Shown: positions 24,797-36,750 of the stretch, one piece after another
Layout: every line of letters begins with the position of its first letter
Position numbering within the stretch: the first letter of the stretch is position 1
Assembly: GCF_018350175.1 (NCBI RefSeq)
Contig: NC_058368.1
Span: forward strand, 189,102,001 to 189,166,000
Reading direction: 5' to 3'
DNA from: Felis catus
Lineage: Eukaryota
DNA: 64,000 bases
Made by a program: the position numbers and the translations under genes
The notes under the pieces: model-generated
Databases searched by the model: none
Told to the model about the DNA's origin: nothing
What the model saw: the letters and a program-made list of their open reading frames with translations, nothing else

Positions 24797-25284
24797 AAAA
24801 TGTGAAATATTATAAAGAAAAGTTGGCTTCTACATGTAATGTAATTGAATCTATTCAAAACAAACCTTCGAAAATTGGCAGCTGTCACTGAAGTCATCAG
24901 AAGGTGTCTGTCAGAAGATTCCCACCAACATCCTAGTTAAAAATTATATATAATATGCTTTCATATAAACTTGTTATTTAGAAGCGTGAGAACATCGAGG
25001 AGAGCATAATTTGTGAATCTCCCTTCCCAAGAAAGCTGAGTAGCTCAGAAGACCTGAGATGGCCCCTAGAGAGATTAGGATACAGGGAGAAATCCCTTAG
25101 TCTTAACTTCCACTCGATCCTTCCCTGCATGACAGTTGGCAGCAAAAACTGAAGAGAGATTACTGAATCAGGCCATGGGAGAATCCAAAAGAAGCAGGAG
25201 GTTTGGCTTCTGGTCCTAGAAGAACATGCAGTCAAATGGGGGAGATTAGGTCGATATTTTCAAAACCTCCCTAAGGCAAATTGC

Positions 25285-25780
25285 AAGTAACTGAAATGAA
25301 TCCCTGGCTAGTTTAAGGCAAACAAGAGGATTTGTATGAGATACAGAGATGTCTTATAGGAATCAAGGGCAGGAATTGATTGGACCTGAGGATGCAGTTA
25401 GAATTAGAAAGTTGAAAGGAACTTCAATTTCTCTCTTTCTCTGTCTCTGTGTGCCTGTTTTGTTCTACGCTTCCTCTGAGTTGGCTGCACATGGTGGGAT
25501 TTGGTCACTCTCAATTTGAGTCTACATGTTGACTTCCAGCCACACAGACAACTTGACCCTATTCTCCTGGTCCTAGTTACAGATTTCTAAGAAAGAGAAT
25601 TACTTTCTCATGCTTGTGTTGTGTCCAGCTTTGGCCCAAATTGCCAGTGAGGGTATAGTCATTCATTAAAGAAATGGCTGCTGGGATCCATGCATATGGA
25701 GTGAGGAAGGAAGCAGGCAGTTTTCAGAAATAATATGGGAGTAGATGGCTCTGTGGTTAGAAAGATACCTCAAGATGACT
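25285..25780 (-). mobile_element. Old MLT1-class LTR (MLT1J/K-like, tentative)
   Basis: TTGCAAGTAACTGAAA...CTGGCTAGTTTAAGGCAAA start; ATGGCTGCTGGG near the end. Confidence 0.5.
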
Positions 25781-28700
25781 ACTTCCTTATCAGAGAAGTA
25801 TACCACCAAAGCTAAACCAGTTAGTTCTATCTAACTGAAGACTTCTCAGGGAATAGGTGGTTAATGGGGATAATCTGGAAAGGCTGCAGGGAGGAGGTGT
25901 TTGTAACATCTCTGATAACAATGGTTTGCAATATAATAGTATACTGGGATGAATGGTATACTGGGAGAAGCAAATAAGTGGTCACATACCAAAGTTTGCA
26001 ATATTTGACTTACCTCAACTACTAAATTAGTATCACTATACCAAATCCACATGGTAAAATTTTATAGAAAATCTTTGGAAAATACCATGGTGTGATGCAA
26101 GAATATATGACACCCTTGTTTTCACTTAGTTCAGTATTAAATCCAGAACTGTACAATTCATTCCTAATGGTATTTTTTACTATAGTCTTTGATATGCTTA
26201 AAAGTTAAAGTTCATGAAAAAAATAACAGGGTAGCTGTCAAGATAGGGATTTTTCTTACTGAGGGGGAAGAAAAGATCTCTATTGTAATGAAACCAAGAT
26301 TTTTAATAGATTGGTAGGATTCAAAGTATGGATTACAATGGGTGGATACCTAAGATTCTCCTGGATTTTTTCACTTTTATCAGAAAGAGGAAAAACTGTG
26401 AATGTGAATTGTCTTGGGGGAAAATATTTATATAAATTGTAAAACTCTCCCATATCTCATTAAGTACTTAGCATGTCTGCTATCTATTGTTGAAAGTAAG
26501 CATGTTAAAGTATATATGTAGAATTCATTTTCCTTTAAAATCTCACAGAGATCTAGATAAATAAGTTTCTTACATAGTATATTTTCCTAACCATGCACAG
26601 GACTTCAGTAATTCTAGGCTTTTCTCTCTTGTGACTCTTAGTTTTTTGTTCTATGATTTATGAATATGTCTATATAAAAAAGATTTAAATTGCTTTACTG
26701 AAGAGCATAACCAATCACCCCCACAAACTATCTTATAAAAATGTGCTTTGAAATAAGATAAGGAACTAATTCCCCCTTTCAAGGTTCAGATTCTAAGAAA
26801 GCAATCAGTTGGCCTGTAGGCATACAGAGATGCTTCTGTCCCCCCCAGATTGTTTCCTGTTGACTCTATAAATAGACCCTGAACTCTCTGACTACAAATC
26901 AGGCTGGAAAAAGAAAATTATCTGGATTGGATGGCAAATTAAACCATTCTAAATCAATAGCATCTAAGTTGCAATTACTTCGTTAGATTTTAATGTAGCC
27001 AAAACCAGAGCTTTAAGGGAATGAGATACAGAACTGGTAAACTAGAGTTTGGAGACCTTATAAGATATGAAAAGACCACAGATTAGAGAATTGAAGAGTT
27101 GTTTGTTCAACTACTTTACAAAATTCTAGGGCTCATTCTACTGTGCATTTGCTCATCAAACAAATTAATTCAACAAATATTAATTGAGCATGCACTATGG
27201 GTGTAACACTATCCCAGGCAGTGGAACAAGAAAAACAAATTTGTTTGGTGGCTGAGAGAAACACACATTTCCCAATTTAAAATCCAGAATAACCCAATAG
27301 GCTAAATTGCCTCTTGGTCTAGGGAAGGTTATGTCATTACACCAAAACAAAGGCATCCTTAGGAGAATTTTCCTGATATTGAGGATGCTCTGAACTTATA
27401 GAAGTCCATTAGTGAAGTGTTTAACACTTAGGCATTGGTTTATTTTGGATCATGGGCTTGATGAAATCGTTTTTCTTGAGGAACCTTGTCTTAGATCCCA
27501 GCTGTTGGGATCAAAGCCATAGAAGGTAGAGGAGTCCATCTCACTCTTCCCCTCTCTTTATGATTTAAGGTCAGTATGTGAGCTTGGTGGGGATGGGGGG
27601 TGGTGGGGTGATGGGATCACGAGCGATCAGCAAACTCAGCAGCAGCCTCCAATGCTTTTCTTGTTTTTTGGTCCGAAAACTGCAACTCAGATTACCATGG
27701 TTTGGGAATTGAAATCCTGACATGAACAATTAAATTCTGTATTTATATTCCTAGCAATTTCATCTTGTCATTTGTGGTTTTCTTCAAATTACAAAACAAT
27801 TAAATGAAGAATTTGGCAAAGAAATTGAACCAGATGCAAGTTTCTTGTCCCTCCCCTCCTCACCCCATTCCCTTTTAATGGCAGGAAAAAGAATGTAATT
27901 TAAGTCTTCCCAGCTCTTCAGCTGTGGAACAGCTGAACAGGCATCTTGAAGGAGAAAGTGTCTCTTTCACTAAAGAGTGTGATGTAGTGTTTTATCTGCA
28001 GTGTGGAAGAGGAAAGCCCTTGAAGTGCAGAATTCCCTAAGAGAAATGAAACACACACATACTCCAACCGCAGCATTTATTATCCTGACATTGCAATTTA
28101 GTAAACAAAAGACACAAAAAGTATCATTCTGGTCTACCTTTTGGTGGAAAACACAGATGAGGAGTTCCTTAAAAAATGTAATAGAGCTGAAAGCTTATTA
28201 TTAAACACAAATTAAGATCTGATAGCTGAACTGGTCTGAAATATGTCAAATGATGTTGTCATATCCAGTTAGAAGAATACTCAGAATTTTAATTCTTTTC
28301 TCCAGTTGGATGATGCATAAGAGCCAGTGAATTTCATATATACTTCTCTCACGTTCTCTCTATCCCTCTCTTCATAGAGGTAGAGGACTTATTTTTGATG
28401 GACTTCAACTTACCACCTGCATAAACTCATTGCGTCTCCTAAATAACTTCAGTTTGTAACACTGGCAAGGTATCTGATAAACAGGCCCAGAATGTTCTTA
28501 TAGAAACTTGGAGGACCAACCCCAGGCCATTTGGGAGCAGAGCATCTCCACTCAGGTAATTGGTGCAATCTGGAAGACAACATATATCAACAATCCCAGA
28601 AAGTTTGGCTGTATGATTCTAAAATTAAACCCAAAGTGTCATGTTACATTTTATTCTGAAAGAGGCAACAGAGCTTCTGCATAATGATTTCCTAGGCTGA

Positions 28701-28899
28701 ATTAGAGAAAGAACTTTTCCATATTTCCTGACCTGTAACTTAATATTAGGCAAAAAGGCTATTAGATGGAGGAAATGCTATTTGCTTGAGTGGTTCCATC
28801 TTGGTCACCACCACCTTTCCCCACCCGTGAACATACATACTGGCTGAGAACAAAGGAAAGTAACCTTTCTGAATTTTACTTCTCCTAAGGAAGAGGGCA

Positions 28900-29170
28900 A
28901 GGTAGGGAAAGCACAGTCTTTGGAATCAGAGAAATGGGGATTCCCCCAATACTATGAAACTTATTAGCCTTACTATCTAGGACAAGTAATTTTCTCTGTA
29001 CTAAAAGGTTCTTATTAAAGAAAAAACAAACAAACAAACAAACAACAACAACAAAAAGGAGAAATACCAGGGCTTACATCATGAGGTTATTGTATCAAAA
29101 ATTCTAAGGAAGCAGTTCTCAGCAGAGACAAGCTTTGCCTGAACACTACCTATCATCAATATTAGAATCC
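28900..29170 (+). mobile_element. MIR SINE (degraded, with CAAA/CAA run)
   Basis: AAAGCACAGTCTTTGGAATCAGA...CTTATTAGC...GGACAAGTAA. Confidence 0.6.
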
Positions 29171-29339
29171 ATACTCAGCCAAAGTCCCACCACCTCCAAT
29201 GGCTTCTAAGTATTTGCTACCCCTTTGTTCCCACAAATGTAATATCTTGCTTGTGCTTGGTGCTTATATATTCCCTAGAATTTGAATTGCTCTTTTTATA
29301 CTTACATTTTGTTTTCCTTTCCTAGGCTGAATAACCCTT

Positions 29340-29756
29340 AGTTTTAAAAAACATAATTTGTTCTTTACTACAAAAACAACACATGCTCCAGATTACAAGT
29401 TTAGTAAATTCAGATAAGAAAAGTAAATAAAAATTACCCATTCTCTCATGCCTGGATGATTACATTTCAGTGAATCCCCTTCCATGGGGTTATTTGGTTG
29501 TGTTTGTGTTGTTGTTGTTGCTGTTTTCGTAGTTGGTCTGTTTTTTATTTTTTGAGATATATAGTATTTGGCTCTCTTACTGTAAAATATATTTTCTCAC
29601 CTGCTTTCTCTCTATTCATACTGGGAACATTTTACATGTTATTAAAATATTCTTTGAAACATTGTTTCTAATGACTCATCATTCTATGGATCTAAGATAA
29701 TTTAATTGAACAACCCTATATTGTTGGACATTTAGATTGTTTTCCAATTGTTTTTT
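29340..29756 (-). mobile_element. Old L1 (L1ME-like) 3' fragment
   Basis: AAAATTACCCAT...TAATTTAATTGAACAACCCTATATTGTTGGACATTTAGATTGTTTTCCAATT. Confidence 0.65.
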
Positions 29757-29774
29757 TAATAAACCAAAATTTTT

Positions 29775-30131
29775 CCTCCAAATTTTTATTTAAATTCCAG
29801 TTAGTTAACATACAGCATAATATTAGTTTCAGGTGTAGAATTTAGGGATTCATCTCTAACATACAACACCCAGTGCTCATCCCAGCAAGTGCCCTTCTTA
29901 ATACCCATCACTTATTTAGCTCATCACCCCACCCACCTCCCCTCCAGTAACTCTCAGTTTGTTCTCATTTGTCTCTCTTCAACTGATTTATTTCACTCTG
30001 CATCATTTCTCTAGCTGTTATTGAAAATAGCAAGATTTCATTCTTTTTTATGGCTGAGTAGTATCTCATTGTATGTATATACTACCTCTTCTTTATCTTT
30101 TCATCAGTCGATCAATATTTAGGCTCTTTCC
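29775..30131 (-). mobile_element. 5'-truncated carnivore L1 3' end with an apparent internal deletion
   Basis: TTCCAGTTAGTTAACATACAG...ACACCCAGTGCTCATC...; perfect 18-bp TSD TAATAAACCAAAATTTTT (29757-29774 / 30132-30149). Confidence 0.95.
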
Positions 30132-30549
30132 TAATAAACCAAAATTTTTAGTGCAAGATTTTTGAGAAAAGGATGATGTCTTTTATTTACTTGAATTCCC
30201 TATTTGTCTAGCATATACCCATGGAGTAACACACACATGCTGAACATCTTTTATGGATCTTAAAGACAGGTATACTTGAGATTCAAAAGTATGGATAAGA
30301 ATGGGCCTCAGAGATTGGGCGTATCAGGGGTTCAATGCAGAGGGCACACACGGCAGCCCCATTCATATCTATACTAGAGAGCCATGTATTTGTTTCGAAG
30401 ACCACTAAGTTTCTACATTTCTCTTTTCACCTTCTTCTCCCCAGTAGATCTTCTGTAAACTTTCTTCATCTCAATATCTTTCCAAAATACATGACTATCT
30501 TAACTTAGCAGCCAACCTTTGGTATGTGTATGTGTGTTTACTTTTTTAA

Positions 30550-30928
30550 ATTTTATTTTTTATTTTTAAAAATTTACATCCAAATTAGTTAGCATATAGT
30601 GAAACAATGATTTCAGGAGTAGATCCCTTAGTGCCCCTTACCCATTTAGCCCATCCCCCCTCCCCCAACTCCTCCGGCAACCCTCAGTTTGTTCTCCATT
30701 ATTTATGAGTCTCTTCTGTTTTGTCCCCCTCCCTGTTTTTATATTATTTTTGCTTCCCTTCCCTTATGTTCATCTGTTTTGTCTCTTAAAGTCCTCAGAT
30801 GAGTGAAGTCATATGATTTTTGTCTTTCTCTTGACTGACTAATTTCACTTAGCATAATACCCTCCAGTTCCATCCACGTAGTTGCAAATGGCAAGATTTC
30901 ATTCTTTTTGATTGCCGAGTAACACTCC

Positions 30929-31010
<82 letters not shown>

Positions 31011-31380
31011 ACCTTCTTTATCCATTCATCCATCGATGGACATTTGGGCTCTTTCCATACTTTGGCTATTGTTGATAGTGCCGCTATAAACATGGGGGTG
31101 CATGTGTCCCTTCGAAACAGCACACCTGTATCCCATGGATAAATGCCTAGTAGTGCAATTGCTGGGTTGTAGGGTAGTTCTATTTTTAGTTTTTTGAGGA
31201 ACTTCCATCCTGCTTTCCAGAGTGGCTGCACCAGCTTGCATTCCCACCAACAATGCAAAAGAAGAGATCCTCTTCCTCTGCATCCTCGCCAACATCCGTT
31301 GTTGCCCGAATTGTTAATGTTAGCCATTCTGACAGGTGTCAGGTGGTATCTCATTGTGGTTTTGATTTGTATTTCCCTGA
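30550..31380 (-). mobile_element. Felid L1 3' end (ORF2 C-terminus and 3' UTR)
   Basis: ORF 30899-31354 [10 protein letters not shown]...CWRGC...[13 protein letters not shown] is the L1 ORF2p Cys-rich C-terminus; TSD GTGTTTAC(C)TTTTTTAA (30534-30549 / 31381-31397). Confidence 0.97.
30931..31006. repeat. Compound (TG)18(TA)20 microsatellite within L1
   Basis: Directly visible. Confidence 0.97.
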
Positions 31381-31710
31381 GTGTTTACCTTTTTTAATGA
31401 AGTAAAATTCACATATGAAAAGTGCATATATAAGTGAAGCTCAATATATTTTCATAACCTGAATACACCTGAGAGTGGTTTCTCAACTTTTATGTTTTTC
31501 ACTAGTAGAAACTTTCCTTGTTTCTTGAAGCCTCATGTGGGATTCCATCATATGAAATACCAGATAGGAGAGAAAGTGTCAAAGTAGACGTGAAGCCTCG
31601 ATCACCATCCGATCCCTCTCCTGACCTTCTCTCTCCAATACATGCTCAGGACTATGATTGTGACTGATTATTATTTCTACCTTATAACTATCTCTATTTT
31701 CTAGATAAGG

Positions 31711-31711
<1 letters not shown>

Positions 31712-31756
<45 letters not shown>
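31712..31756. repeat. (TA)22 microsatellite
   Basis: Directly visible. Confidence 0.97.
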
Positions 31757-31759
<3 letters not shown>

Positions 31760-33176
31760 TGTGTGTAGCTATATCAGCTTTATCCCATGAATATACCATC
31801 CGTTTAAATGCTGCTATGTGCAACTCTCAAAATTATATATTTCTCCCTTTAGTCAGCGAAGCCATGACAGTTATGACAAAAACATATCCAGGTCTGGAAC
31901 TGGAAAAGTCTAGGGTGGAATGTTCACAATGGAGAGACATCAGTGAAGATGTCAATGTGGTTGTTTTGAGTAACTGTAGGTCAGCATAAGATGCCACCTT
32001 AAATAAGGAAAAAAATGGCATCCAAAGACATCCATAGTCACCATCACAGTTTCACTTGGTGTCGGCCATTGGAGTCATAGGAACAGCTTTGTTCTTGCTC
32101 TTCTTCTGGGATGTGAGGGAAACAACCAAAGTGCAGTGATTGTCATCTCTTATAACCAAGTCAGCATTTGCAATGGTCAAACTGGATGTGTTTTTCTTGG
32201 CATGGCCAAGCTAAACTTTTTGTCATTCACTGAGCAGACATCCACCAAATTAGAAACACTGGGGCAGGCAATTTCTCTGATGTTTTGGTTTCAACAGTAC
32301 TGATCTGTAATTATTTCTCCAAACAAAAAGAAAGTGTTTGACAGAGACATTTAAAGACCTAAAACAACTTTCTTATAGGAAACACATGCTTCTTCTCCAA
32401 ATTAAAACACACCATTATGCTAATAGGAGGACACTCAGCAAGTGGAATTTGCTAGGGATTTGTTGGTGAGGGGTGCTGAGGAGGTGATGAGAAGGTAAGA
32501 GACAACTGACTTTTGTTAGCTGTCCTGAACAGATGCCAAGAGAGTGAAGTCCAACAACTGTGTCCTTAAAATGACCCTATTATACACACTGGGAAAGTAT
32601 CTTTGAGCTTTTCATGGGACTGTACACAGAGTTGAGCTTCAGAAAACACATTGAGAATGAATTTCTGGTTTGTATTAGTACCTTCTCACCTTGTCCCGAT
32701 ATTGGATTATACAGCTCTTTAGACTCAAAGGCAAAGAGATTTGTATACAGGTATGATGCATCTTTTGTAACTTCAATAGTACAACTTGATGTAAGAACAT
32801 CAGTGCCAGCCCTTTGTCAAAAAGAAGTTTGTCTTCTCTTTCATTTCCCTCCATCTTCAAAACCAACCACAAAATCTCACTGATAAAATCAAAGGAATGA
32901 CCTGATCATGCCAATGTGCATTGTACTTGGAGGGACTTAAATTTGGAAATGGGGCATTTATAAAGCACAGTAGTAGTCAGGAGGAAACTCTAACAATTGA
33001 GCACTTTTAGTGATTCACCACACCAAGCTTAATAAAAACAGTGAATTCCACAATGTCTCGGGACACCTCTGAATTATTGTACACTTAAGAGGTGGTTTCA
33101 TTTGGGTGAGGGTGGCATAGCTGGGAATGCAAAGAAGAAAGTGTGGAGAAAAGTTTAGCCAAAGTCATGTTTTCTT

Positions 33177-33235
33177 TATCTATCTATATCTATGTATCTA
33201 TGTGTCATCTATCTATCTATCTATCTATCTATCTA
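33177..33235. repeat. Imperfect (TATC)n tetranucleotide repeat at the SINE tail
   Basis: Directly visible. Confidence 0.9.
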
Positions 33236-33451
33236 TTTTTAAACGTTTATTTTTGAGAGAGAGAATGCGTGGAGAGTGGATGGGTGGGAGGGACAGAGAG
33301 AAGAGAGAGAGGGAGACAGAGGATCTGAAACAGGCTCTGCTGTCCTCTCCTGTTAGCTCAGAGTCCCATGCGGGGCTCAAACTCAGGAACTGTGAGATTA
33401 TGACCTGAGCCCAAGTTGGTTGCTTAACCTGCTGAGCCACCCAGGAGCCCC
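33236..33451 (-). mobile_element. SINEC
   Basis: ACGTTTATTTTTGAGAGAGA...GCGGGGCTCAAACTCAGGAACTGTGAGAT...CCACCCAGGAGCCCC. Confidence 0.95.
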
Positions 33452-34445
33452 TGATTTATTTTTTCATAAAAATTAAGAGGAATCCTGCCAAGCTTTCTTC
33501 CATCTATCATTAAGTCTTACATTTCCTATGACCGTCATTCGTCTTAGGAATGTCCCTCCAAACCTTATTTGACCCTTTCCACCTCCTTTTGTGCTGCTGC
33601 TCATGGCAAAAAAATCCCCAAGATCACCAGGGGCCCAGAACTTGTTTTTGTTCATTTTGTTTTGTTTGTTTGTTTTTAATGTGTGTTTTGCTTTGTTTGT
33701 GTTTGTTAAAGGGAACATTCCCTGCCCTCTCTGTCCCCACCAATGGTTTTCAGTTTGTTTACGGGAAATGTTCAAGCTTCATTTCTATGGTCATACTCCC
33801 CATACACTTGCACTCCCACTTAGCACATTATGGCCCCACATTAAATTGTAAATGGCATTGGGAAGGCACATCATTTTAACCTCCTATCAATTATCACTGC
33901 CTCAGTATGAATCAGGTTATCTGCCTATTAATAGGAAAATTAATCACTCCCTCCTCTGACATTTGTCACATGGTCCAGTTTTTTTAAACACTTTCTAATT
34001 CCATGTAATTTACTCTTTTCAAAAGGATGATTCATTAAACTTTTACCTATTTTATTTGTGCACATTCATAATATTTTTCATAAATTGAAATGTTGACCAA
34101 AAAAAAAAAAATCCTGGGTCAGAGCATGTGTCTTCATTTTCAATCTGAAAGTATAGTACAGGCCTGAGGAGTCTGCATGTTACCTGCCTCCAGCAGTCAC
34201 TGGGATGTGTCATAGTGGTTTACACACATGGCCAAACTCTCCCCCGGATGATGTCACCTCAAAGGCAAAGGCCATAACTGGTTCTCAATAAAAGTTTACA
34301 CCATGAGCCACTAAGTTTGGATGTGAGAAATAAACGAACCTAACAATATGTGGACTGGTCTAAGTAAATGTGAGCTAGAGAAGTAGAATAGAGAATTACT
34401 GGCAAGTGGCCCCAAACAGCTGATGATAGCAGGAAACATCCAGAA

Positions 34446-34651
34446 TAGTGGTTCTGAACTGGGGATGATTTTTGTCCTCTGTGGAACATTTGGAAATGTC
34501 TGGAGACAATTTATGTTTTTCACAACTGAGGGTACACTGTTGGCTCTAGGGGGTAGAGTCCTGGGATGCTGCTCAACATCCTACAATGCACAGAACAGTT
34601 GTGAAGAATTATCTGACTCAAAATTTCTATAGTGTGGAGGCTGACACATCC
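34446..34651 (+). mobile_element. MER20 hAT-Charlie element
   Basis: AGTGGTTCTGAACTGGGGATGATTTT...ACATTTGGAAATGTCTGGAGACA...GGGATGCTGCTCAACATCCTACAATGCACAG. Confidence 0.9.
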
Positions 34652-34714
34652 TCCTCTGGGGCACTGAGTAAGTGGGTTTGAGTAGGAAGGGTGGAGGTGG
34701 GCTGAAACAAGAAA

Positions 34715-34935
34715 ATAATAACATGTATTGTTATATACTATATTCCAGACTCAGGAATAGTGTTTTTCATAGAGTATCTCTTTTATTCCTGGCAATAATG
34801 TAATGAGGTAGAAGTTATTACTACCTTATTTTATGAATGAAAAAACTGAGGGTAAGTAACTTACTCAATGTCACAGAACTAGTAAATAGTAAAGCTGGCC
34901 TTTGAACCCAGGGTCTCTATACTCTCTTAACCACT
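34715..34935 (-). mobile_element. MIR SINE
   Basis: ATTTTATGAATGAAAAAACTGAGG..AAGTAACTTACTCAATGTCACA...TTTGAACCCAGG. Confidence 0.85.
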
Positions 34936-35244
34936 CCCATAAACTTTGTCTCCTTTGGAGTTATTTCTTAGATTCTTATCTCCAGTTTATAAAATTAAAG
35001 ACAACATGTAGCATACAATAGCATATTAAAATGCAATAAGAGTAAAACAAATAAAAAAGCATCACGATAAGAAAATAAATAAGTATAAAATGCCAGAAAC
35101 ATACATGTGTTTGGAAAACACACATCGGTACACAAACCTAAAGTTGGCCTTCAAAGTTGCCATTGACTTTTCAAGTGGACAAAGCAAAAAGGGAATTTCA
35201 ATCAGTTACACAATGCACATTGTTTATAAAGTGAGAAGTCCATC

Positions 35245-35975
35245 AATCTTACAAATTGAACATACTCTTACCAAAGAATTCAGGAAAGGCACTCCTTGGT
35301 ATATACCCAAAGGAGTTGAAAACTCCACATAACATAAACACCTGCACACAGATATTAATAGCAGCTTTATTCATAATTGCCAAAACTTGGAAATAAGCAA
35401 GATGTCTTCAGTAGGTGAAAGGATAAAATAAAATGTGGTATATTCAGTGCTAAAAAAATCTGAATTATCAAGCCAGGAAGAGGCATGGAAGATATTTAAA
35501 TGCATATTACTAAGTGAAAGAAGCCAATTTGAAGAGGCTACATACTGTATGATTCCATTATTTGACAGTCTGGATAAAACAAAAGCATGGAGACAATAAA
35601 AAGATCAGTGGTTCCCAGGGACTGGCGGAAAGGAAGAGATGCATCAATGGAGAACAGAAGATTTTTGAGCAATGAAACTACTTTGTATGATGCTATAATG
35701 GTGGATACATGTCATTCTACATTTTTCCAAACCCAAAGAATGTACAACACCAAGAATGGATCTTAATATACACTTTGAAGTCTGGATGATAGTGATGTTG
35801 TGAATGTAGGATCATCAAATGTAACAAATGTACCATCCTGGTGAGGGATTTTGATAATGGATAAGGCTGTGCATGTATGGAGGCAGAAGAACCATGGAAA
35901 ATCTCTATACCTTCCGCTCAACTTTGCTGTGAACCTAAAACATTTCTAAAAAGTAAAGTATATATGAAAATAAAG
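35245..35975 (+). mobile_element. L1MC1-like 3' end
   Basis: AAATGCATATTACTAAGTGAAAGAAGCCAA...GGTGGATACATGTCATT...TGTACAACACCAAGA...TGCTGTGAACCTAAAA. Confidence 0.9.
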
Positions 35976-36029
35976 ACAAAGCTAAACACGCCCCCCCCCC
36001 AAAAAAAAAACCCACAAAAAAATAAAACA

Positions 36030-36230
36030 GGGGCACCTGGGTGGCTCAGTCAGTTAAGTGTCTGGCTCTTGATTTTGGATTAGGTCATGATCTCATGGTT
36101 TTTGAGTTTGAGCCCTGCATTGGGTTCTGTGCTCAGGGGAGACTGGTTGGGGTTCTTTCTCTTCTTCTCTCTCTCTGCCCTTATCCCAGTCCCTGTCAAA
36201 ATAAATAAATAAACTTAAAAGAAAAAAAAA
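36030..36230 (+). mobile_element. SINEC
   Basis: GGGGCACCTGGGTGGCTCAGTCAGTTAAG head, CT tract, AATAAA and A-tail. Confidence 0.93.
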
Positions 36231-36544
36231 CCCACTAGATCTCCGTAATAAATACAATGGTGAATTTCCTTTGGCCATTTCTTTTGGCACCCCTCAAGGC
36301 AAGAATCCAAATCAATTTTTTCAAAGTGATAAATAATGCATGGACCAAAAGGGAATGGTCCAAAGGGACAAACCTGTCATGGTTTAACTGAATTTAGACC
36401 CTCAGGCCAGAAGGGTGGGTGGGCTGCAACACCATACATTGGTCCTCTTGGAATCTTCACTTTACCTTTGAGAACTCAGTTTCCACATATGTAAAATGGG
36501 AATGTTAGTGTGTACCTTGTGAAATAATGGTTTATAATTTGTTA

Positions 36545-36750
36545 ATTCCCTCAGCAAATATTAATTGGATGCTTACTCAATGTTTGCCACTGTCCGGGTC
36601 CTGCACATAGATGACAGAGATGAACATGACAGACACAATCCCTGCTGTCACAGTTACAGCTTAATGGTGAAGACAGATTCACTGACAAATACAACATAAA
36701 ATCATACATCCAACAAGTATTTACTGAACACCTACAATGAGTTAGGCACT
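36545..36750 (-). mobile_element. L2 3' fragments
   Basis: CAGCAAATATTAATTGGATGCTTACT...AGATGAACATGACAGACACAATCCCTGC; CAACAAGTATTTACTGAACACCTAC. Confidence 0.7.

Noticed and set aside
30899..31354. Longest ORF (151 aa) as a gene
   Set aside because: It is the L1 ORF2p C-terminus in a 5'-truncated copy with no promoter, and it shifts frame at the microsatellite.
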